A stretch of 64,000 bases of DNA from an uncultured Clostridia bacterium (lineage in GTDB: Bacteria > Bacillota > Clostridia > TANB77 > CAG-508). Under the pieces are notes generated by a model that saw nothing but the letters and a program-made list of their open reading frames with translations, did not search any database and had not been told where the DNA came from. The translations under genes and the position numbers were made by a program. The stretch lies in the NCBI GenBank assembly GCA_963931085.1, contig OZ006973.1, positions 1,568,053-1,632,052 on the forward strand, written 5' to 3'. Numbering within the stretch: position 1 is the first letter of the stretch; each line of letters opens with the position of its first letter. Positions 39,241 to 50,269 of the stretch are shown here, piece after piece.

Positions 39241-42200
39241 TTATCTTTCGTCTCCTGATTGTCTTCTATACTCTCTTCTTGATTTAGGAAGATCTCTAGT
39301 TCCTTCATCATCAAAAGTATATTCTCTCGTTTGTCTTTTATTTCTTTTTTTGTCTGTATTTGTCTTTCTTGCATTTTCAGCAACATCTAAAGCTGTATCA
39401 GCAATAATAGCTCCTTTTAAAATATCTCCAATCACTTCTGTACTCCTTTCCACAGTAGGATTTATTACAGTTTCATTTACAGTTTTTACTGTATCTACAG
39501 TCTTTGATACAGTTTCATAATGACCTTCAACGTCAACTACTGTTTTTATAATATCATCTACTTTAACTCTTTCAGTTATTCCTGGGACTAAATCAGAAAG
39601 TTTAGTCCAGAATCTATCACCAACTGCAACATATAGATTACTTAATGTATCTACATCTACTGTTCCATCATTTACATCATTTACCAACTCATCTACTGTT
39701 ATATTTTGTCTTAATACTCCAGAATCTAGCATATCTGCTGCGAAAGTACCATCTGTTAATGTTGGAGCCCTTAGTCCGGCAGTATCAGATAATCCATGTC
39801 CTCCGCTTCCAACTGAATTAAATATCGCAGTAATTTTTTCATCTCCAGATAAAGTATAAACTTCTGGCAATCTTTCTCCTCCATATACTGAATAAAATCC
39901 TGTAACCTGCTTTCCACTGTTTGAAGCCATAAGTTCATCAAGTGTTCTCGACTTATTGATAACATCATCATATACTGGCATAGTCTCTGTTTTATATGTT
40001 GTAGGTACCCATTCTTCTGTTGTTATAGTTTCAGTAGATGGAACTTCAACTTGTCTTGTTATTTTATTATGTTCTAAAATCCAATCATGAATTTTAGGTC
40101 CAATATATTTTACAGCTAATCCTTTTGCAAAACCTTTAATTACAGTAGTTCTTAATGTATTTACTTCTTTACTTGCAATAGCATGTTGCTTGTCATCTAC
40201 TGCATCTGTTTGCTCTGAAGCAATAGGACCATTATTTACTAAAGAATTTAAATTATCTCTTGCATTTTGCAAACTATTTCTTTTAGAAGTAATTGCATTT
40301 TCTACATCTATTCTATTTGAAGCTCCTGGATTTCTCCTTAAAGAATCTTCTAGTCTTCTTATCTGTATTTCAAATTCTCTTATCTGAGTATTTAATGCAT
40401 TTATTAATACTGCGTTTCTCTCTTGAGAAATAATATTTTGCTTAATATCTGCAGCTCCTGCTCTTAAGACAGCTTCATTTCCTTCTTTAGCTCTAAATAA
40501 AGCTTTAAATCTTGCTTCTATTGCATTTCTAAATGGATGTCTTACAGGATTTACACTTGCAGGATTAGGAGATGATGCTCTTAATCTTTCTGTTTCATCT
40601 TCGTCTCTTTGCCTTGCAATATCAGCAAAATAATCTCTTCTAGCTACCATTCTATGATAAACATTATTTTTATATGGAGAAGCATCTCTTCCTCTTGTAA
40701 TTAATCTATGTAACGGTTGAGCAACATTTCTTCCTATAAATCTGTATACTGGTGCAAAAACGTTTCTTACAAATATTCCGGCATTTAATACTACTCTTCC
40801 AGCATTTCTTAGTAGTCCTGTTTGTCTTGGGATATATGGCATAGTTTCACCATACTTCCCAAGTGTTGCTAAATCACTTTGCGTATATTCGTGTTGATTA
40901 AATGTATGATTTCTAGTTTCTATATATTCTTTATCATTATCATATGTATGACTTGTTCCATTATATACAGATGTATCTCCTGCATCAAATCTTGTCATTC
41001 TTTCAAGTGCAGATTTATATCCATCTAAAAGTAAGAATTTTTCATCATCTTCTCTTTCAGGATAATCTCTAATTGTTCTATATGTTATTCCACCACTTGT
41101 AGTATCAATCTCATTTGATTTAAATCTTTCAGATCTTTCTAGATACTCTCTTTCATAATCTTTATCTCCATAGAATTTAGCAAGCATATCATCTCTTCTT
41201 CTTAGATATTCGTTTTCAATTCTATCATTATCTAAAGTATAAGTTAAACTAGGATCAGATGGTATATCTATTTCTTGAGCTGTAAAATCAAATCTTTTTG
41301 AAGAAGCTCTATTTATTGCATCTTGAAGTACGGCTCTATCATAATCATCTCTTTCTACATTCTCTAAGTTTTGTGTAAATACTTCTTCGTGCCTAATAAA
41401 ATTATTTTGCCCTAAAAGCATCCATCTAAAATCATCTCGTGATGATGTAGCACGACCTTTTTTAGCATCCCATGTTAAATCAGTATTGTACCATTTTCCA
41501 TTACCATGCTCATCTTTTATTTCGACTTGATTCCATGCATGACCTGTATTATCATTTCCTGTTTCACAATTTCCTGTTACAAGTCTTGATCTTATTCCTA
41601 CTAAAGAAAGAGCATTTCTTAAAATATCAGCATATCCTGCACAAACAGTTTTTCCCTCTATAATACCTTCTTTAAGATTTCTGCACTCATTTATTCTTCT
41701 AGAATAATATAAAGCACTTGTTTTATCATCATGTCTTATTGCATCATGGTCATAAGAAATTGAATCTGCAAGTCTAGTATAAATAGTCGTAAATTTATCT
41801 AAATCTGAATCAGCTGGATTAATTCCTCTTACAACCCTATCTAATGTATCTCTAATATATATATACTCTGCTTGTGAATATGAATCTATTTGATAACTCC
41901 AATTATCAAAATTATCATCTAAAATTTGTACTCCAGAAATATTCATTCCCACATTATTCATTCTTCTTGACAAATCTCTAAGAGTAACACTATCTAGTTC
42001 TGATACATCTTTAATTTTTACTCTTACATCCTGCGGAATGACTTTTCCCGAATTTAATAAATGTTCTATCTGAGGAATTGTAAGTAATAAATTAGCATCT
42101 TGAAGATAAGATCTTGTAAAATCTGTAGAATCAATTTCTGATTCATTTTCAATCATTATTGGATTTTCTTTAATTTTTAAGTTACCTCTTATAATCTCTG

Positions 42201-44106
42201 CATCTTTTATATAATATGGAGCTTTATTCATAGACCACATTAATCTATCAACAGCATCATCTTTTGTAGTTGTATTTCTATCACCCTTAGCTATTCCTGA
42301 ATCAAAATAAATTTTCTTTAAAAACTCAAAAGATTCATCAGAAATGTCTGGTGCATTTATTATTTGGTTTCTTATTCCAGTATTATTATTTAGATAATAT
42401 ATTAAATATGGATTAGTTCTATAAAAATTCTCTACTCTTTCTATATCATTAACACCTAAATCATTACTCATTAAATTAAGTAATCCAAGTCTTCCATCAA
42501 AGTTTTCTAATCCATCTATATCATTTACTTGTGAATTAGTAATATTCACCATTACAAGATTAGAATTTACAGAAAGTTCTCTTAATATTTTTCTATCATG
42601 TAAATGCTGACCATTTATCGTAATATCATGTAATGTACATGATGGATAAATAGTACTCATAAACTGATTAAATTCACTATCAGAAATACTATTTATTTCT
42701 AAAATTGGAATAGAATCTAATCCACTAACAGAAGAGATATTTTCTGTTCTTCCACCTCTTAATATAATCTTTCTTAAAGCAGGTAATCTCTCTACATCTA
42801 CATTTATTAAGTTTATTCCTTCAAAAGAAATAGCTTCAATATTATCTGATAACTTAGTACCAAAGTTTGGTATTTGAATAGCTGAACTTGGATCTGTATT
42901 TCTAAATGCTATTGTTTGATATTCTTTTTTACCATCTATTCTATAATTATTATTTGATATTTTTGGTACTTTTGATAAATCAATATCAAAATCTTCTGCT
43001 ATATTACTTGAAATAGTTAAAGTTATTGGATAATATCTTGCATACTCGCTATTTGATTGAACTTCATAAATTTTATCTACTACTTCTTGTAAATCAACAT
43101 GACTTCCTGTTTCATTAGAAATATCTATTTTACTTAATATTTCAGGATAATATGTAGCAATTTCTTCTAACTCTATTTTTAAATCATCATAACTAGTATC
43201 AGTAACATTAATTTTAAGTTCTGGTAATTCTTTTTTTAGAGTCTCCTCTGTAATTTCATTTCCTTCAAAAATTCCAGAAAGCTCTTTACTCTTTATCTCA
43301 ACTTTTTTTCTTTCTTCAGGAACAGGTGGGATAATTTCATCTTCCTTATTTACTTTATTTTCCTCATTATTTTGTCTATCTATATATGAAAGGACACTAT
43401 CTATTGCTTTATTTATCTCTTCCCTAGGTAAAAATCTATCTGAAGATGTCTCTACCATATCTGTTTTATGTTCTGGCATATAATAAAACTCTGGATTAGA
43501 TAAGAAATTCATAAATACAGGAGTTTCATTAATATTATTATTAAAAAACTCATCCGAATCCTTTGCCAAATCTAAAGGATAGTATATATTTCCTATCTGA
43601 ATTTCATTCCATGCATCAAAATTACTATTATAAATATATTTACATGGAATTCCATTTCTTCTCATTGCTTCATAAAAAATAGAAGCAAGACCTGCAGAAT
43701 CTGTTTTATTACCAATAAGAGCAGATAAATCATATGATGCTTTATTTTTCTCTAAATCACTTCGTGGAATTTGCTGAAACATTTTATAGAAATATATAGC
43801 TTTTTCTATATTGCTCCACTCAGGATTCATTCTTCTTTCAATTTCATTAAATTCATTTATTAAATCAATAAATGCTTCTTTTGTATATGTTAATAATTTT
43901 CTTCCTGATGATTTTTCGTACTCTTGAATATCGTTATCAGGATTAATTCTTATAATACAGTCATCACTTAATTCTCTTATTAAATTTATATTTTGATTTT
44001 TAGTAGAGCTAAATTCTACTATTACTGGTGCTATACTATTAATTTCTTTTATATCTTCTACTCTGATATTTCCTTTAATACGGATTAATTTCATTTTCTT
44101 CTCCAT
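39241..44106 (-). CDS. Giant orphan protein A (1621 aa). It has a degenerate transglutaminase-like domain, leucine-rich repeats, an intact transglutaminase-like Cys-His-Asp core, and a long C-terminal region with amphipathic segments and a charged tail.
   Basis: The core reads GKTVCAGYADILRNALSLVGIRSRLVTG...GHAWNQ...WYNTDLTWD. Codon positions are Cys 41641-41643, His 41539-41541 and Asp 41479-41481. The LRR block covers about aa 425-575 (42382-42834). There is no signal peptide. The likelier start is the ATG at 44094, where GGAG lies 6 nt upstream. Confidence 0.8.
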   Translation of the reverse strand: MEKKMKLIRIKGNIRVEDIKEINSIAPVIVEFSSTKNQNINLIRELSDDCIIRINPDNDIQEYEKSSGRKLLTYTKEAFIDLINEFNEIERRMNPEWSNIEKAIYFYKMFQQIPRSDLEKNKASYDLSALIGNKTDSAGLASIFYEAMRRNGIPCKYIYNSNFDAWNEIQIGNIYYPLDLAKDSDEFFNNNINETPVFMNFLSNPEFYYMPEHKTDMVETSSDRFLPREEINKAIDSVLSYIDRQNNEENKVNKEDEIIPPVPEERKKVEIKSKELSGIFEGNEITEETLKKELPELKINVTDTSYDDLKIELEEIATYYPEILSKIDISNETGSHVDLQEVVDKIYEVQSNSEYARYYPITLTISSNIAEDFDIDLSKVPKISNNNYRIDGKKEYQTIAFRNTDPSSAIQIPNFGTKLSDNIEAISFEGINLINVDVERLPALRKIILRGGRTENISSVSGLDSIPILEINSISDSEFNQFMSTIYPSCTLHDITINGQHLHDRKILRELSVNSNLVMVNITNSQVNDIDGLENFDGRLGLLNLMSNDLGVNDIERVENFYRTNPYLIYYLNNNTGIRNQIINAPDISDESFEFLKKIYFDSGIAKGDRNTTTKDDAVDRLMWSMNKAPYYIKDAEIIRGNLKIKENPIMIENESEIDSTDFTRSYLQDANLLLTIPQIEHLLNSGKVIPQDVRVKIKDVSELDSVTLRDLSRRMNNVGMNISGVQILDDNFDNWSYQIDSYSQAEYIYIRDTLDRVVRGINPADSDLDKFTTIYTRLADSISYDHDAIRHDDKTSALYYSRRINECRNLKEGIIEGKTVCAGYADILRNALSLVGIRSRLVTGNCETGNDNTGHAWNQVEIKDEHGNGKWYNTDLTWDAKKGRATSSRDDFRWMLLGQNNFIRHEEVFTQNLENVERDDYDRAVLQDAINRASSKRFDFTAQEIDIPSDPSLTYTLDNDRIENEYLRRRDDMLAKFYGDKDYEREYLERSERFKSNEIDTTSGGITYRTIRDYPEREDDEKFLLLDGYKSALERMTRFDAGDTSVYNGTSHTYDNDKEYIETRNHTFNQHEYTQSDLATLGKYGETMPYIPRQTGLLRNAGRVVLNAGIFVRNVFAPVYRFIGRNVAQPLHRLITRGRDASPYKNNVYHRMVARRDYFADIARQRDEDETERLRASSPNPASVNPVRHPFRNAIEARFKALFRAKEGNEAVLRAGAADIKQNIISQERNAVLINALNTQIREFEIQIRRLEDSLRRNPGASNRIDVENAITSKRNSLQNARDNLNSLVNNGPIASEQTDAVDDKQHAIASKEVNTLRTTVIKGFAKGLAVKYIGPKIHDWILEHNKITRQVEVPSTETITTEEWVPTTYKTETMPVYDDVINKSRTLDELMASNSGKQVTGFYSVYGGERLPEVYTLSGDEKITAIFNSVGSGGHGLSDTAGLRAPTLTDGTFAADMLDSGVLRQNITVDELVNDVNDGTVDVDTLSNLYVAVGDRFWTKLSDLVPGITERVKVDDIIKTVVDVEGHYETVSKTVDTVKTVNETVINPTVERSTEVIGDILKGAIIADTALDVAENARKTNTDKKRNKRQTREYTFDDEGTRDLPKSRREYRRQSGDER

Positions 44107-44131
44107 TTATTCTTATATTTTATTTTTACTA

Positions 44132-44767
44132 CTATCTACCTAAAGTATCATATAATTCTAAGTTTTCTTTATGTGAATATACAGTATTAGGATTAACATT
44201 TACATCTTCTACTTTTACTCCATCGCTATCATATAAAATAGAACCATCTAAAACGACTCTCTTTAGATTTAGAAAATCTGATAAGTCTCTTATTCCATAA
44301 ATTCTTGAACTTAATAAATTTAATATTTTTGCTTTTTCAATATTAATACATTTAAAAGGAATATTTGATCCGATAATCTCTACAACTTCTAAAGGTGGAT
44401 ACTTAAATGGAATTTCTCTACATCCCTTTATTCGTAATTTCAAGTTTGGATTTACATCTTTAAAATCAATTTCATCAAAAGAACAATCTGTAAATTCTAA
44501 AGAACGTAAATTTCTATTTTTTAAAATTTTATCCACAATTTCTTGAGATATGTGGAAATCTGAGATGCCGAGAATTTCTAAAGATGGGAAAAAAGATAAC
44601 ATATCTAAGTCTATATCTGATCTGCTACCATCAAACCTTTTTCCACCTAAATTAATTTCTCTTATTTCTTGAATATCTTCTTCTGTAACATGATTAAAAT
44701 CCATTTTACATGATTTAACAGCAATTAATCTTCTTAAATCTTCACTTTTTATTTCTTCTAATTTCAT
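44132..44767 (-). CDS. Leucine-rich-repeat protein (211 aa), first gene of the giant-A operon
   Basis: LRR-like periodic leucines occur (LSFFPSLEILGISDFHIS..., NLRSLEFTDCSF..., LKRVVLDGSIL). AGGAG lies upstream of the ATG. The gene is 25 nt upstream of giant A. Confidence 0.65.
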   Translation of the reverse strand: MKLEEIKSEDLRRLIAVKSCKMDFNHVTEEDIQEIREINLGGKRFDGSRSDIDLDMLSFFPSLEILGISDFHISQEIVDKILKNRNLRSLEFTDCSFDEIDFKDVNPNLKLRIKGCREIPFKYPPLEVVEIIGSNIPFKCINIEKAKILNLLSSRIYGIRDLSDFLNLKRVVLDGSILYDSDGVKVEDVNVNPNTVYSHKENLELYDTLGR

Positions 44768-44793
44768 TTTTCTTCTCCTACAATATAATTAAT

Positions 44794-44837
44794 ATTATAC
44801 ATTATTTTCTAACTTTTAACAATATTTTATGTAAATT
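44794..44837 (-). promoter_or_regulatory. Sigma-A-type promoter with an upstream TTTACATAAA dyad (giant-A operon)
   Basis: The minus strand reads AATTTACATAAAATATTGTTA, a 17-nt spacer, then TATAAT. The -35 is at 44817-44822 and the -10 at 44794-44799. Confidence 0.6.
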
Positions 44838-44846
44838 AATTAGTGC

Positions 44847-44879
44847 AAAAAAAAAAAAGACACTTTATAAAAGTGTCTT
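44847..44879 (-). terminator. Intrinsic terminator of tuf
   Basis: The stem is aagacactt (44857-44865) / aagtgtctt (44871-44879). A T-run of at least 10 follows on the minus strand. Confidence 0.8.
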
Positions 44880-44900
44880 TTCTCTATTTTAAAGAATAAA

Positions 44901-46103
44901 TTATTCTTTGATTTCTGAAACGATACCAGAACCTACTGTTCTACCACCTTCACGAATAGCGAATCTTAATCCTTTTTCGATAGCGATTGGAGTAATTAAT
45001 TCGATATCCATTGTTACGTTATCTCCTGGCATAACCATTTCTGTTCCTGCAGGTAATTCGATAACACCTGTAACGTCAGTTGTTCTGAAATAGAATTGTG
45101 GTCTATATCCGTTAAAGAATGGAGTATGTCTTCCACCTTCTTCTTTAGTTAAGATATAAACTTCAGCTTTGAATTTTGTATGTGGGTGTATTGTTCCTGG
45201 TTTTGCTAAAACTTGACCTCTTTCGATTTCGTTTCTTTGAACGCCTCTTAATAATACACCTATATTATCACCAGCTTCAGCTTGGTCTAATAATTTTCTG
45301 AACATTTCTACACCAGTAATAACTGTTTTTGAAGCTTGTGGTTTTAAACCAACGATTTCAACTTCATCAGAAACTTTAACAACTCCTCTTTCTACTCTAC
45401 CTGTTGCAACAGTTCCTCTACCTGTGATAGAGAATACGTCTTCAACTGGCATTAAGAATGGTTGGTCTGTTGGTCTGTCTGGTGTTGGGATGTAGCTGTC
45501 TACTGCATCCATTAATTCTTTCATTGGAGCATATACAGGATCGTTAGGATCTGTTGATGTGCTCTCTAATACTTGTAATGAAGATCCTTTGATAATTGGA
45601 ATCTCGTCACCTGGGAAGTCATAAGCAGATAATAAGTCTCTAACTTCCATTTCAACTAATTCTAATAATTCTGGATCATCAACCATATCGCATTTATTTA
45701 AGTAAACTACGATATATTTAACACCAACTTGTCTAGCAAGTAAGATGTGCTCTCTTGTTTGTGGCATTGGTCCATCAGCAGCTGAAACTACTAATATAGC
45801 ACCATCCATTTGAGCAGCACCAGTGATCATGTTTTTAACATAGTCAGCATGTCCTGGGCAGTCAACGTGAGCATAATGTCTCTTGTCTGTTTCATATTCA
45901 ACGTGAGCTGTATTAATTGTTATACCTCTTGCTTTTTCTTCTGGAGCTCCATCGATTTGATCGTAAGCTTCAAATTTAGCTTTTCCTAATAAGCTTAAGT
46001 ATTTTGTAATAGCAGCTGTTGTTGTTGTTTTTCCATGGTCAACGTGACCAATTGTACCAATATTTACGTGTGGTTTTGTTCTTTCAAATTTAGCTTTTGC
46101 CAT
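44901..46103 (-). CDS. tuf: Elongation factor Tu
   Basis: 400 aa with GHVDHGKTT and DCPGHADY. Confidence 0.98.
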   Translation of the reverse strand: MAKAKFERTKPHVNIGTIGHVDHGKTTTTAAITKYLSLLGKAKFEAYDQIDGAPEEKARGITINTAHVEYETDKRHYAHVDCPGHADYVKNMITGAAQMDGAILVVSAADGPMPQTREHILLARQVGVKYIVVYLNKCDMVDDPELLELVEMEVRDLLSAYDFPGDEIPIIKGSSLQVLESTSTDPNDPVYAPMKELMDAVDSYIPTPDRPTDQPFLMPVEDVFSITGRGTVATGRVERGVVKVSDEVEIVGLKPQASKTVITGVEMFRKLLDQAEAGDNIGVLLRGVQRNEIERGQVLAKPGTIHPHTKFKAEVYILTKEEGGRHTPFFNGYRPQFYFRTTDVTGVIELPAGTEMVMPGDNVTMDIELITPIAIEKGLRFAIREGGRTVGSGIVSEIKE

Positions 46104-46161
46104 TTGAAAATTCCTCCTTTTTTTATTTTTTATTTAATTTAAATTTAATAACTAATTTAGC

Positions 46162-46198
46162 ACTTGCATTTTATAATATTTTTTCTTAAAATGCAAGT
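46162..46198 (-). other. Perfect 12-bp stem-loop in the fusA-tuf spacer (partial terminator or processing site)
   Basis: The stem is acttgcatttta (46162-46173) / taaaatgcaagt (46187-46198) with a 13-nt loop. Confidence 0.5.
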
Positions 46199-46230
46199 AT
46201 TTTAAAGAGTTTCATATTTATTTATAAATA

Positions 46231-48315
46231 TTATTCCTCTTTTTTAGCTCTAGAAGATACGATTGCTTCTAAAACTGATTTTGGAACTTCTTCATAATGA
46301 GATGGTTCCATAGAATATGTTCCTCTACCTTGAGTCTTAGAACGTAAGTCTGTTGCATATCCAAACATTTCTGATAATGGAATATTTGCTCTAATTTCTT
46401 GCATTCCATCAACATTTTCCATACCTTCCATTCTACCTCTTCTAGAGTTAACATCTCCAATAACATCTCCCATGTATTCTTCTGGAACTGTTATTTCTAC
46501 TTTCATAATTGGCTCTAAGATAACTGACTTACCTTTCTTACATCCTTCTTTAAATGCCATAGAACCAGCAATTTTGAAGGCCATTTCAGAAGAGTCAACA
46601 TCGTGGTAAGAACCATCAACTAAAGTAGCTTTAAAGTCGATAACTGGGTATCCAGCTAATATTCCACTTTCAGCAGCTTCTCTAACACCATCTTCAACTG
46701 GTTTGATATATTCTTTTGGAACAACACCACCAACGATTTTGCTCTCAAATTTAATACCAGAACCTGGCTCTAATGGTTCCATCTCTAGCCATACGTGACC
46801 ATATTGTCCACGTCCACCAGATTGACGGATGAATTTTCCTTCTACTTTAACTTTTTCTCTAATTGTTTCTTTGTAAGCAACTTGAGGTTTACCTACATTA
46901 CATTCAACTTTAAATTCTCTTTTTAATCTATCTACGATGATATCTAGGTGTAATTCACCCATACCAGCTATGATAGTTTGACCAGTTTCATGATTTGTAT
47001 AAGCTTTGAATGTTGGATCTTCTTCAGCAAGTTTTGCTAAAGCTATACCCATTTTTTCTTGAGCTGCTTTATCTTTTGGCTCAATAGCTATATCAATAAC
47101 TGGTTCTGGGAATTCCATTGATTCAAGGATTATTGGATGATCAGGATCACATAAAGTATTTCCTGTTGTAACATCTTTTAATCCAACTGCAGCTGCTATA
47201 TCACCAGCATATACTTTATCTATATCTTCTCTGTGATTAGCGTGCATTTGAAGAATTCTACCAACTCTTTCTTTTTTATCTTTACTTGAATTTAAAACTG
47301 TTGATCCTGATTCTAATGTTCCAGAATAAACTCTGAAGAAACATAATTTTCCTACATATGGATCTGTAGCAATTTTAAATGCAAGTGCAGCAAATGGTTC
47401 AGAATCTGAAGTTTTAGCTTCTGTTTCTTCTCCATCTAATGTTTCACCTTTAATATGAGCAATATCTAGTGGTGATGGCATATAATCAATTATTGCATTT
47501 AATAATTCTTGTACACCTTTATTTTTATAAGAAGAACCACAAGTTACAGGAACTATTTTGTTTGCTATTGTTCCTATTCTTAAACCTCTTTTGATTTCTT
47601 CTTCAGTGATTTCTTCACCTTCAAGATATTTCATCATTAATTCTTCGTCTTGTTCTACAGCTGCTTCAATCATTTCATTTCTGAACTTTTCAGCATCTGC
47701 TTTCATATCTTCTGGTATATCACATTCTTCAATTTCTTTTCCTAAATCATCTTTGTGAACAAATGCTCTCATTTTAATTAAGTCAACTATACCTTTGAAT
47801 TGATCTTCAGCTCCAATTGGTAATTGAATTGGAATAGCGTTAGCTTTTAATCTATTTTTTAATTGATCAACACAAAGCATAAAGTTTGCACCTGTAATAT
47901 CCATTTTGTTTACATATACCATTCTTGGTACATTATATTTATCTGCTTGTCTCCAAACAGTTTCTGTTTGAGGTTGAACACCACCTTTAGCAGCTAAAAC
48001 AGTAACTGATCCGTCAAGTACTCTTAAAGATCTTTGAACTTCTACAGTAAAGTCAACGTGACCTGGAGTATCAATTATATTAATTCTATGACCTAACCAT
48101 TCACAAGTTGTAGCAGCTGAAGTAATTGTTATACCTCTTTCTTGTTCTTGTTCCATCCAGTCCATTGTTGCAGCACCATCATGTACTTCACCAATTTTAT
48201 GAGTTTTTCCTGTATAGAATAAGATTCTCTCTGTTGTTGTTGTTTTTCCAGCATCTATATGTGCCATTATTCCTATATTTCTTGTTTTTTCTAATGGGAA
48301 TGCTCTTCCAGCCAT
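46231..48315 (-). CDS. fusA: Elongation factor G
   Basis: 694 aa with [15 protein letters not shown] and DTPGHVDF. Confidence 0.98.
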   Translation of the reverse strand: MAGRAFPLEKTRNIGIMAHIDAGKTTTTERILFYTGKTHKIGEVHDGAATMDWMEQEQERGITITSAATTCEWLGHRINIIDTPGHVDFTVEVQRSLRVLDGSVTVLAAKGGVQPQTETVWRQADKYNVPRMVYVNKMDITGANFMLCVDQLKNRLKANAIPIQLPIGAEDQFKGIVDLIKMRAFVHKDDLGKEIEECDIPEDMKADAEKFRNEMIEAAVEQDEELMMKYLEGEEITEEEIKRGLRIGTIANKIVPVTCGSSYKNKGVQELLNAIIDYMPSPLDIAHIKGETLDGEETEAKTSDSEPFAALAFKIATDPYVGKLCFFRVYSGTLESGSTVLNSSKDKKERVGRILQMHANHREDIDKVYAGDIAAAVGLKDVTTGNTLCDPDHPIILESMEFPEPVIDIAIEPKDKAAQEKMGIALAKLAEEDPTFKAYTNHETGQTIIAGMGELHLDIIVDRLKREFKVECNVGKPQVAYKETIREKVKVEGKFIRQSGGRGQYGHVWLEMEPLEPGSGIKFESKIVGGVVPKEYIKPVEDGVREAAESGILAGYPVIDFKATLVDGSYHDVDSSEMAFKIAGSMAFKEGCKKGKSVILEPIMKVEITVPEEYMGDVIGDVNSRRGRMEGMENVDGMQEIRANIPLSEMFGYATDLRSKTQGRGTYSMEPSHYEEVPKSVLEAIVSSRAKKEE

Positions 48316-48356
48316 ATTCTTTTTTCCCCTTTCTGGTTATTCACCTAAATTATATT

Positions 48357-48851
<495 letters not shown>

Positions 48852-49000
48852 TTAAACTTAGTATTAATTTGTAATACTAAAAGGTACTCTGGAAAGATTA
48901 TTTCACTTTCCCGTAACAGTGCTACTTATATATGTACAATTTTAAAAATTGACCAACATATAATTTGCACTATTAGTAATTAAAACTAAAACTCCTAATT

Positions 49001-49414
49001 TTATTTTTTAGGTTTCTTAGCTCCATACTTAGATCTTGCTTGCATTCTATCTTTAACACCTGCAGTATCTAAAGTTCCTCTAATAATATGATATCTAACA
49101 CCTGGGATATCTTTAACCCTTCCACCTCTTATTAGAACAACGCTGTGCTCTTGTAAGTTGTGTCCTTCACCAGGAATATAAGATGTTACTTCATAACCAT
49201 TAGATAATCTAACCCTTGCTACTTTTCTTAAAGCTGAGTTTGGTTTCTTAGGTGTAACTGTTTTAACTACTGTACAAACACCTCTTTTTTGTGGAGATCT
49301 TGCATTAGTTGTAGTTTTCTTTTTTGAGTTATAACCTTTTTGAAGAGCAGGAGAATTAGATTTTGATTTACTAGTTTGTCTTCCTTTTCTTACTAATTGA
49401 TTAATTGTTGGCAT
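49001..49414 (-). CDS. rpsL: 30S ribosomal protein S12
   Basis: 137 aa with [12 protein letters not shown] and [10 protein letters not shown]. Confidence 0.98.
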   Translation of the reverse strand: MPTINQLVRKGRQTSKSKSNSPALQKGYNSKKKTTTNARSPQKRGVCTVVKTVTPKKPNSALRKVARVRLSNGYEVTSYIPGEGHNLQEHSVVLIRGGRVKDIPGVRYHIIRGTLDTAGVKDRMQARSKYGAKKPKK

Positions 49415-49452
49415 TTTTAAAATTTCACCTCCTAATTTTATACTAAAATAAA

Positions 49453-49494
49453 TATACGCTAGCCCTTATTTCCGTAGAAATATACTAGCGTATA
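49453..49494 (-). terminator. Long bipartite hairpin between the small-protein operon and rpsL (terminator and/or rpsL 5' stem-loop)
   Basis: The outer 10-bp stem is tatacgctag (49453-49462) / ctagcgtata (49485-49494). The inner stem is tatttc/gaaata. TTTATTTT follows on the minus strand. Confidence 0.5.
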
Positions 49495-49496
49495 AT

Positions 49497-49525
49497 ATTT
49501 TATCATCTTTGTTTTTTAAAGTCAA
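49497..49525 (-). promoter_or_regulatory. Sigma-A promoter of the str operon
   Basis: The minus strand reads TTGACT (49520-49525), a 17-nt spacer, then TGaTAAAAT (hexamer 49497-49502). The -35 overlaps the stop codon of the upstream small ORF. Confidence 0.55.
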
Positions 49526-49797
49526 CATTTGTGCAAAAATAATTTAGCTATTTTATCAATTTTTTTGATTTTAATATTATTTGCAATTATCAATAATACA
49601 TCTTTTTTTATTTCATCTGATATATCATTATTTATGTACAGTTCATCATTTTCTATTTTATATTCTACAACATCACCTGTAATTGGCTTTTCCGTAGTAG
49701 ATAAAAAGAAATATTTTTTATTTTTATATAGTACATTATCCATAATCATATACTTTTTTCCATCATAAACAATTTCATCACCAATAAAAAAATCCAT
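49522..49797 (-). CDS. Small acidic/aromatic protein, paralog 3 of a three-member family (DUF1292-like pattern)
   Basis: 91 aa with the core VYDGKKYMIMDNVLYKNKKYFFL. It aligns with the ORFs at 50270..50566 and 50668..50982. Confidence 0.55.
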   Translation of the reverse strand: MDFFIGDEIVYDGKKYMIMDNVLYKNKKYFFLSTTEKPITGDVVEYKIENDELYINNDISDEIKKDVLLIIANNIKIKKIDKIAKLFLHKC

Positions 49798-49798
49798 T

Positions 49799-50215
49799 CT
49801 ATCTAGTCTCCCTTTCTTGGTTACTAATAACTTTATTTTCAGCCTCTTTTGCTAAACTTTCATATTCTTCCATGTCTATTTTTCTTTCTTCTAATCTAGC
49901 CTTTGTATCATCCCAAAAGTGTTTAGCAAACTCTGAATTATATCCTGCTTGATATGCTCCATATCCCAGAGCAGATAACGTAGCAATAATTAAAGCTTTT
50001 TTAAAACCATTAAATGACTCTTGTTTTTTCTTTGAACGATTCTCTTTTGTATATGTCGCCCTTCTCCAGTCAGATTGATTTTTATTTGTACCTACTGAGG
50101 TTATAAAAGGTTTTTCTAATTCTCTAAAATCACTACTGCTCATGTCTATTGAATCTAAAAATTTTTCAAAATCTTTATCAAATGATCCTTCATCTAATCC
50201 TGTTTTTCTTTCCAT
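49799..50215 (-). CDS. Hypothetical single-pass membrane protein
   Basis: 138 aa with a central TM (ALIIATLSALGYGAYQAGY) and charged flanks. Its stop abuts the start of the downstream small ORF. Confidence 0.5.
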   Translation of the reverse strand: MERKTGLDEGSFDKDFEKFLDSIDMSSSDFRELEKPFITSVGTNKNQSDWRRATYTKENRSKKKQESFNGFKKALIIATLSALGYGAYQAGYNSEFAKHFWDDTKARLEERKIDMEEYESLAKEAENKVISNQERETR

Positions 50216-50234
50216 TTATATTAACATCCTTTCC

Positions 50235-50265
50235 AAAGAAAAATAGGAGCATAAAACTCCTATTT
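50235..50265 (-). terminator. Internal hairpin (attenuator or terminator) after small paralog 2
   Basis: A 9-bp stem, aaataggag (50241-50249) / ctcctattt (50257-50265), is followed by TTCTTT on the minus strand. Confidence 0.4.
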
Positions 50266-50269
50266 CTTT

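Noticed and set aside
39144-39386. An 80-aa minus-strand ORF that overlaps the 3' end of giant A and extends into the spacer.
   Set aside because: It is out of frame with the strongly supported 1621-aa ORF, has a low-complexity K/E/I-rich product, and has no ribosome-binding site.
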